This document shows, in pieces, positions 57,289 to 64,000 of a stretch of DNA of 64,000 nt. This stretch comes from Thermoplasmata archaeon. Its GTDB lineage: Archaea > Thermoplasmatota > E2 > DHVEG-1. A program made the translations under genes and the position numbers. The notes below the pieces were generated by a model. The model was not told the origin of the DNA. It made no database searches and saw nothing but the letters and a program-made list of their open reading frames with translations. How positions within the stretch are numbered: position 1 is the stretch's first letter; each line of letters opens with the position of its first letter. The stretch is from contig JADBLO010000072.1 in the NCBI GenBank assembly GCA_014894395.1, forward strand, positions 52,674 through 116,673, given 5' to 3'.

Positions 57289-57978
57289 TTGATGAGCCTG
57301 GCAACAATGGTATTAGTCAGACATGGACAATCACAATGGAATTTAGAAAACAGGTTTACCGGCTGGGTGGACGTTCCGCTGTCTGTAAAAGGAAGAAATG
57401 AAGCAATATCTGCTGGAAAGAAACTCAAAGACATGCGATTTGACACGATGTATGTCTCTCATCTCATGAGAGCGATTCAGACAATGCATTACATCTTGCT
57501 TGAATTAGCTGATGCACGAATCCCGATTATTTATCATGAGGAAAAACGCATTCATGATTGGGAGCATTATAGCGGCGATCGGAAGAATGAGATTCCCATC
57601 TACCAATCCGTTGATTTGGCAGAGCGATATTATGGTGACCTTCAGGGATTAAACAAGGCAGATACCATGAAAAAATATGGTGAGCAACAAGTCCGTATCT
57701 GGCGACGCAGCTACGATGTCAACCCACCGAAAGGGGAAAGCCTCAAAGACACCTGTGAACGAACCATCCCCTATTATAAAAACCATATTTTACCGGATCT
57801 ACAGGCAGGGAAAAACGTACTCATCGTCGCCCATGGAAACAGCCTCCGATCCATCATCAAATATGTAGAAAACATCTCTGATCAGGATATCCCAAACGTG
57901 GAGATACCAACCGGTATTCCGATCGTTTATACCTTTGATGCCCAGATGAAACTCCAGAAAAAGACGTTATTAGAGTAG
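57289..57978 (+). CDS. gpmA: 2,3-bisphosphoglycerate-dependent phosphoglycerate mutase
   Basis: LVRHGQSQWN..NRFTGWVDV, ERYYGDLQG, WRRSY, GESL, AHGNSLR. Confidence 0.95.
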   Translation: MMSLATMVLVRHGQSQWNLENRFTGWVDVPLSVKGRNEAISAGKKLKDMRFDTMYVSHLMRAIQTMHYILLELADARIPIIYHEEKRIHDWEHYSGDRKNEIPIYQSVDLAERYYGDLQGLNKADTMKKYGEQQVRIWRRSYDVNPPKGESLKDTCERTIPYYKNHILPDLQAGKNVLIVAHGNSLRSIIKYVENISDQDIPNVEIPTGIPIVYTFDAQMKLQKKTLLE

Positions 57979-58038
57979 GATAAAACCTAAATACCTGTTT
58001 TTTATCACTGTTTATTAATTAATTTCGAGAGAGAGTAT

Positions 58039-59106
58039 ATGATTGAGCAACGATTCAAATGCCCGAACTGTGGGGAAATCGCTTCCTTCTACGGAGATCC
58101 CGGGGAACAGACGGTCGTCTCCTGCGCAGCGTGTAACTCAAAAGGACGTATCACTATCCCTACTAGCGGACAGAACAATAACTATGCTATCGAGGTTTCA
58201 CATCTGACAAAAGTCTATGGTGATCTTACTGCTGTTAACGATATCTCCTTTTCCGTGAAAACCGGAGAAATCTTCGCGTTTCTCGGGCCAAACGGGGCAG
58301 GCAAAACAACCACCGTGGAAATGATTGAATCTATTAGGGAACCAACCGCGGGGTCAATTAAATTACTTGGAAGGGACATTAAAACCCAGTTTAACGACGT
58401 CAAAGAAAAAATCGGAATCCTTCCACAAGAATTCCATTCCTTTGAAAGATTGACGGTTCGGGAGACATTGGTGTATTTCTCAAATCTCTATAAGAAAAAA
58501 GCTGATGTTGACGAGATTATAAAATCCTTAGATTTGACGTCTCATAAAAACATGTTGTACAGGAATCTTTCTGGTGGATTGAAGCAGCGGGTTGGTGTCG
58601 CAATCTCATTGGTCAATGACCCCGAGATCATTTTCCTTGATGAACCGACAACAGGGTTAGACCCTAAAGCCCGACGAGAGGTTTGGGGCGTCATCGCAGG
58701 GTTACATAAGAAAGGAAAAACCGTGTTTCTCACCACGCATTATATGGAGGAAGCTGAGTACTTAGCTGATCACATTGCAGTTATTTTCAAGGGAAAGATC
58801 ATCGCAGAAGGCACCCTTGAGGATTTGATCCGCAACTATGGAAAAAGTAGTACCCTGCATATTAAGAAGTGTAAAAATGCCGCTGAGGTTATTGAAATGC
58901 TGAAACAAGAAGGATACGATGAGGTATCCTCAGAGGGTAACGGCGATATTGCAATCAAGATTGACTATAAAGAGCGAGTATTGGAAATATTATCGCATCT
59001 GCGACATGACTGCATTGAATACGAGAGTCTCGACATCAGACGATCAAATCTCGAAGAGGTTTTTTTACGACTGACTGGCTCAAAACTAACGGAGGACAAA
59101 CAATGA
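58039..59106 (+). CDS. ABC exporter ATP-binding subunit with N-terminal Zn ribbon
   Basis: GPNGAGKT, LSGG, FLDEPTTGLD, TTHYMEE; N-terminal CPNC...CAAC. Confidence 0.95.
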   Translation: MIEQRFKCPNCGEIASFYGDPGEQTVVSCAACNSKGRITIPTSGQNNNYAIEVSHLTKVYGDLTAVNDISFSVKTGEIFAFLGPNGAGKTTTVEMIESIREPTAGSIKLLGRDIKTQFNDVKEKIGILPQEFHSFERLTVRETLVYFSNLYKKKADVDEIIKSLDLTSHKNMLYRNLSGGLKQRVGVAISLVNDPEIIFLDEPTTGLDPKARREVWGVIAGLHKKGKTVFLTTHYMEEAEYLADHIAVIFKGKIIAEGTLEDLIRNYGKSSTLHIKKCKNAAEVIEMLKQEGYDEVSSEGNGDIAIKIDYKERVLEILSHLRHDCIEYESLDIRRSNLEEVFLRLTGSKLTEDKQ

Positions 59107-60212
59107 ACTTCAAAATCGTATGGATGGATTTCATCTACAGTGTAAAGGGATGGTATCGCAGCAGAGGCGGCATGTTTTGGAGCCTCGCGTTTCCTGTGAT
59201 TCTTATCTTGTTGTTTGGTGCGATCTTTTCAGGTGTTGGCAGTTCGAAATACACCTTGTATATACAGGACCAGGATCAGACTGAGATGTCCAAAGGGTTT
59301 AATGCAACACTGAATTCAACAAAACTCTTTAACATCAACATTGTAAAAACTGATGTGAACGTTACCTCCTTTATCAAGGAGAAGAACATCAAAAGTTTGA
59401 TCGTGATACCAAAGGGATTTGAACAGACGATTAAAAACTCGTTTATGAATCCATCGGCACGGGTAAATCTCTCATTTTATTTTGATCCCAGTGAGCAGAC
59501 AACAACCCAGGTGATACGAAGCGTTATCTCAAGTATCCTACAAGAGATGAACAAAAATCTTTCTCAAGGGAGAACAATCATTGGGGTAAGCGAGATAAGT
59601 ACGATTACTGAAAACTTCAATTTCATTGATTTCTTTCTGCCGGGGATGATTGGCTTTACCATCATGCAAGGCGCTATTTACGGCAGCATAGAACGGAACA
59701 CGAAATACCGGAAAGACGGCATCCTTCGGAAATTACTCACAACACCGATCACGAGAAGCGAATGGATACTTGCGAAGATGTTGTTCATGATGTTCCTTGC
59801 TGCTCTTACGACCGCATTGATTACGATCATTGGTATTTTAGTATTTGGCATGACCGTGAATATTACTCCTCTGGCGATTATTATCCTTATTGCGACCAGT
59901 TTCCTGTTCTCAGGGATGGGGATGCTTATTGGTCGGTTTGTCAAAGAAGAAGAAACCGCAGATACGGCGGCTGGGGCAATCAGCTTTCCTATGATGTTTC
60001 TTGCAGGAACATTCTTCCCGTTAGAACAAATGCCGCAGTTCCTTCAAACAATCGCACACATACTCCCTCTTTACTATGTGAACGAAGGGCTACGGAATTC
60101 GATGATCTACATGAACCAAACAGAATCACTGATCAACGGTGCTGTCGTTATTATCTTCGCAGCTGTCTTCTTCATCTCCGGGGTGTTGCTGACAAAGTGG
60201 AAGGAAGATTAA
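59103..60212 (+). CDS. ABC-2 type transporter permease
   Basis: FWSLAFP, extracytoplasmic domain, FFLPGMIG, FLAGTFFP..MP, PLYY. Confidence 0.93.
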   Translation: MNFKIVWMDFIYSVKGWYRSRGGMFWSLAFPVILILLFGAIFSGVGSSKYTLYIQDQDQTEMSKGFNATLNSTKLFNINIVKTDVNVTSFIKEKNIKSLIVIPKGFEQTIKNSFMNPSARVNLSFYFDPSEQTTTQVIRSVISSILQEMNKNLSQGRTIIGVSEISTITENFNFIDFFLPGMIGFTIMQGAIYGSIERNTKYRKDGILRKLLTTPITRSEWILAKMLFMMFLAALTTALITIIGILVFGMTVNITPLAIIILIATSFLFSGMGMLIGRFVKEEETADTAAGAISFPMMFLAGTFFPLEQMPQFLQTIAHILPLYYVNEGLRNSMIYMNQTESLINGAVVIIFAAVFFISGVLLTKWKED

Positions 60213-60268
60213 TAAAATAATGAGGGAAGATATTTTCCATTTTCTATACAATTATCGTTCATTAGAGA

Positions 60269-60275
60269 ATATTAT
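60269..60275 (+). repeat. Target-site duplication, left copy (ATATTAT)
   Basis: Identical to 61879-61885; each copy abuts a TIR. Confidence 0.8.
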
Positions 60276-61878
60276 CCTGACTTTCGCAGTTGATTGTTCT
60301 TTTCTTGATTAGATCACATTTCGCACTTCACATTATTTTCTGGTTTTCAGCCAGCAAAAATACTGAAAAACCTATGATCCCGGTGTTTTTCCACAAAAAA
60401 CCAGGGTATTGATCCAATCAAAATTGGAAAAAACACGTGTTTTCATCCCATTTTGAGCCGTGATGATGGTAAGTGCGAAATTGCTCAGGCTTTGCATGAT
60501 GAATTTTGTAGAAACATGACGCAAACAAGCATGCTTATACCGAAGCATGCTTATGACAAGCTGAGCAAGGAACACGATGAGGATGGATCCATTGATCGCC
60601 TCCTGTGTCCAGCAGCGTGTCGGACGGATATGAAGTTCGTTTTTAATGCTGTTGAACAGCTTCTCCACACCGTCTTTTTCACGATAGTATTGTAGTGCTT
60701 CGTGAAGTGAGAAATCTTTGTTTGAGACCAGTGCAAAAAATCCTTCTTTCCCGGTGATGGAAAGCTGTAACGCACGTTCTATGGCTTCCTCACGTGATAA
60801 ACCTGTCAGAGGGAAGGTATAGGACAAATGTGTTTGCAGAAAATGATTGCTGTTGCGGTATTTCTGACGTGGTGGTTTCTTTGCCTGTATGGTCTTGCAG
60901 AGGCATAGTGCCTCATCGTATTCTTGTTCCAGGTGTTTCCGTCTGTTCACCATAAGTATCATCGTGTAGATTCTGGGAGAAATACAGGTATTTGGTCCTG
61001 CTGGGAAACACCAGCTGCGTCCCGTATACCTGTTCATCTGGGTTCCCGGTGATGACTGGTGTCCATTCTGTCTTGTTGAATGTGTCCAGATGGTGTGTGA
61101 TATCACTAGTGTTGAGTTTCATGCGGGAAAGATATTTCATCTTATCTGATACCAGGAGGTCCAGGTTAGGGATGCCGTTGGCACCAGCATCAAAAACCAG
61201 GACACTGCCTTTTCTGAGTCCTGGTTTGATCTCCTGGTAGGTGATCTTGAAGTGGTTTTGATCATTGATGTTCCCGGGTTGTATGCTGAGTCCGACGGGA
61301 AGCTGGGAGTGTTGATCCTGTGCCAGACCGATGGTGATCTGCGGCCGGTCAGGCCTGTGATCCCGGCTGTACCCGTATTTGATGAGGTCCGATGTCTTGG
61401 CTTCAAAGTGGGAACTGGTCCAATCCATGAACACCATATCCAGTCCGACATCGTATTCGTCTTTCAGGGTGTGCAGGAGATGACTGAGGATAAGATGCCG
61501 GTTTTCTCCTATTACTCCAAGACCGCGGTACAGTGCATCATCTCCGAAATCAGATAATTGAAGATATTCCAGAAGCATGGGGGTGGTGGTCATCCATTGG
61601 TGACATCTGCTTACAGAAAGATCTTCTGTCATTTTGTAGGAGACAAGTCCGGTGACCAGCCCGCTGAGTTGATGACCGCAGTGTTTGAGGTCATCAAGGA
61701 GTGGTGGGAGGTGTAGTTCTTCAAAAACATGTTTAACGGTTTGTATTGTCCCAATCGGAAAGGTCTTATTTTGGTTTGGCTTTATATGGTCTGGTGTCTT
61801 CAGTGTTGTTTGCATTTTTTTGACCGAAAAATACAACCACTGAAGGCACTTAACATTTATTCAAGTGCGAAACTCGGG
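60276..61878 (-). mobile_element. IS1634-family insertion sequence (1603 bp)
   Basis: TIRs CCTGACTTTCGCAGTTGA (60276-93) and the reverse complement of 61861-78, CCCGAGTTTCGCACTTGA (15/18); 7-bp TSD; transposase inside. Confidence 0.85.
60372..61815 (-). pseudogene. IS1634-family DDE transposase split by a frameshift near 60960
   Basis: ORF1 has FMDWTSSHF, YGYSRDHRPDRPQI, GNIND and VFDAG; ORF2 has Y.EKDGVEKLF..IK and I.GSILIVFLA. Confidence 0.85.
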
Positions 61879-61885
61879 ATATTAT
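61879..61885 (+). repeat. Target-site duplication, right copy (ATATTAT)
   Basis: Matches 60269-60275; contains the TAA stop (61882-84) of the neighbouring gene. Confidence 0.8.
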
Positions 61886-64000
61886 CCATCTGCAGGGACG
61901 GGCGATGTCCATTCAGGGCTATAGATGATTAGATTTGGGTCACCATAGATGCAGGGGATCATATTCAATTGAAGCGAAGTTTGGTTGTACATTCTATAGG
62001 GATCTCCTGTCGTGTAATCCCTTGAGCATTTCCATAGATGTTTCGAAAGAGCGAGACCAATAGGTTCTCCATTTACCATTATGTCTTGGAAGAACAGTTC
62101 TGCTTGTTGTTCTGATACTGGACTTAAGCATCTTGCTCCTGCATATCCACACCAGAAGACAGCACCATGATCAAGATAGACCATGGGACCATCACCATCC
62201 CCGGTAACGCAAGATGTGTAGAATATCGCGTTACTTCGAAGATTTCGCATCTGTTGATCAACCCATTTATAATGGATGATGTCGTAGAGTGTTGGTGGTT
62301 GTGGGTTATACCAGACCTGCCCGTTGTCTCGTGATGTCTGCCAGTAATCATAATGATAACCACGCCAGGAATCCCACCAGATCTGATCCGGATAGCTGCA
62401 GTTTTCTGTTTGAAGGTATTGTGCGGAGATACCACTTCCACCGGTAGCATGACCTAAGTAATACATGACACTGGCACCTTCGTTCATTCGTTGGAGGTGC
62501 GCATCCCAGAGGCAGTGTCCCTCAAATGTTCTCAGATGAGATTGAAAAATATTTTTAATGACTCGTGATGTAAAGACTGACGGCCCATGCCCATAATTTG
62601 AACCATCGGGATAGTTCATTAATTGCGATGTAGTAATGTTTCTACCGGGGTTTGCAAAAATCAATGCAGGATATAAAATATCTCTTACTACGATTGCAGA
62701 CGAATATGCTGGAGTAATCCCTGGGATGTCACCAGCATAGGAGTTATTTCCCATCATCGTGGAATGGAGAATCGAATAGATATCATCACGCGGTGCAATA
62801 AAACAATATCCTTCCGGTCCGTCTCGATCAAGTCCGAGACCAACGATATAATCATTCATGCCTTTATACATCTCCTCATTCCAGTACCGGTCCGCATCCA
62901 ACCCAAGCGGTGGGAGAGTAGCCTCTTTCTTCAAAAAGAATTTTACTAACTGGATGAAGAGTCCTAATTTCGTGATATTCACCGGTTCATTGGCTTTTGG
63001 TAAAGAACCACTATTTCGACCTCCGTGATAATAATCTCCATCCCAGAGTCTCCATGTTTCAATTCGATCTGCAACACCAGCAGGATTTCCTGGAGCATCT
63101 TCAATTGGTAATACAGGAGAGCCATGATACGCAGCCAACAGAGCAGCAGGGGCAAAGTATCCATCACCGGTTTTTAGTGAAGAAACGGTAATGTAATTTT
63201 CTGATGCAGGATAACTCTTGATCTCATCAACGATTTCTTGCATTGTCTTTAAATCCTTTTCAATCGTCGGAAGTGAACTTCTTACTGCAGAGCCGATTTC
63301 ACCGCGTTCAACAAAAATGACCTTTGTCACTCCAAGGGTTGTGAACGCACTTGCTGTGGCTGCCGGAACGCTGTCTTTGGTGACGTAGAGTAACGGCATG
63401 TGGTTCAAAGAAGCAATAACCGCGGCGTTCGCTGCTGAAATTGTTGCATCGGCACGGTCTTGGCTTACTGTTCTCACATCGACATTAAGCGTGTATTTTA
63501 CATTAGAGCCATTTGCATCACGTGGTACAACAATAGCGGTCCATATCCCTTTCTCTGGGTGAAGGACTTCAGCTGAATATTCCGTGTGAGGAGCGGGATG
63601 CCAGTTTCTCCATGGGTTGTATTCAGGGTTTTCTAGTCCATTCCAGACATGGATCGGGTTTACCGGTCCGTTCCAAGCTGGTAAATCTGGTGCTCTCAGG
63701 TTGCCTTGTGGGTCGATAAGGAATACTAAAAGATCAGATGCTTCAGTAGTGGTGAGTTTCGCATTAATCACCGAATCGACATCAGCAACCTTAAATCGAT
63801 AGCGGTCACCAGCATATTTGGTAATTTTATAGTTCCAGCGATTTGAAATTATATCAGTGCTAGCAGCCCAGATACCCATCCTGGTAACTGGATAATATAT
63901 ATCGGTTTTTGGTCCTTCTCCGTCATAGGGACTGGGCCACCAGTCTTGCGCCATCGTCATATAGAAGGGGAGAATCGCGCTGATTGAGGGTGTCGCACCA
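61882..64000 (-). CDS. Large surface/secreted protein (N-terminus beyond window) with CWB2-like segments and a C25 (gingipain)-like C-terminal domain
   Basis: Frame is open to the window edge; AAVIASLNHMPLLYV...LGVTKVIFV; YLGHATGG, YTSC, YGDP motifs. Confidence 0.8.
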   Translation of the reverse strand, partial: GATPSISAILPFYMTMAQDWWPSPYDGEGPKTDIYYPVTRMGIWAASTDIISNRWNYKITKYAGDRYRFKVADVDSVINAKLTTTEASDLLVFLIDPQGNLRAPDLPAWNGPVNPIHVWNGLENPEYNPWRNWHPAPHTEYSAEVLHPEKGIWTAIVVPRDANGSNVKYTLNVDVRTVSQDRADATISAANAAVIASLNHMPLLYVTKDSVPAATASAFTTLGVTKVIFVERGEIGSAVRSSLPTIEKDLKTMQEIVDEIKSYPASENYITVSSLKTGDGYFAPAALLAAYHGSPVLPIEDAPGNPAGVADRIETWRLWDGDYYHGGRNSGSLPKANEPVNITKLGLFIQLVKFFLKKEATLPPLGLDADRYWNEEMYKGMNDYIVGLGLDRDGPEGYCFIAPRDDIYSILHSTMMGNNSYAGDIPGITPAYSSAIVVRDILYPALIFANPGRNITTSQLMNYPDGSNYGHGPSVFTSRVIKNIFQSHLRTFEGHCLWDAHLQRMNEGASVMYYLGHATGGSGISAQYLQTENCSYPDQIWWDSWRGYHYDYWQTSRDNGQVWYNPQPPTLYDIIHYKWVDQQMRNLRSNAIFYTSCVTGDGDGPMVYLDHGAVFWCGYAGARCLSPVSEQQAELFFQDIMVNGEPIGLALSKHLWKCSRDYTTGDPYRMYNQTSLQLNMIPCIYGDPNLIIYSPEWTSPVPADG

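Noticed and set aside
60913-61106. Programmed frameshifting of the IS1634 transposase
   Set aside because: No slippery heptamer or homopolymer at the junction, and the family normally has a single ORF.

Overview
Archaeal chromosomal DNA, most consistent with a Thermoplasmatota lineage (DHVEG-1/Thermoprofundales-like). This is inferred from gene content: aRF1, archease, Dph6, Trm1, aEF-1beta, archaeosortase, and an ipk-fni-GGPPS-gltX cluster. Most of the window is housekeeping and metabolism: enolase, stomatin/NfeD, an OPT transporter with an RRE/PqqD partner, LarBCE nickel-pincer genes, HypA/Mrp, folC/purN, thyX, purF, a five-gene glycogen cluster, pyrF, rsmB/xth/M32/gpmA and an ABC-2 exporter. 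The most interesting cell-envelope features are four. (i) A radical-SAM + GT4 + GT28-like + GT-C + flippase-like locus that looks like an undescribed glycan/glycolipid assembly line with radical tailoring. (ii) An artA-psd-pssA operon preceded by a secreted protein that lacks PGF-CTERM and ends in a distinctive Ig-like C-terminal domain. (iii) A large surface protein with CWB2-like repeats and a gingipain-like (C25) domain. (iv) A PKD protein with a hydrophobic insertion, flanked by IS-end-like repeats. One complete but frameshifted IS1634-family element has recognisable TIRs and a 7-bp target duplication. Also found: several features absent from the ORF track, a relic mnhF and a candidate pseudoknot RNA. 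No CRISPR array, rRNA or tRNA was recognised. All family assignments come from motif recognition by eye; no database searches were run.
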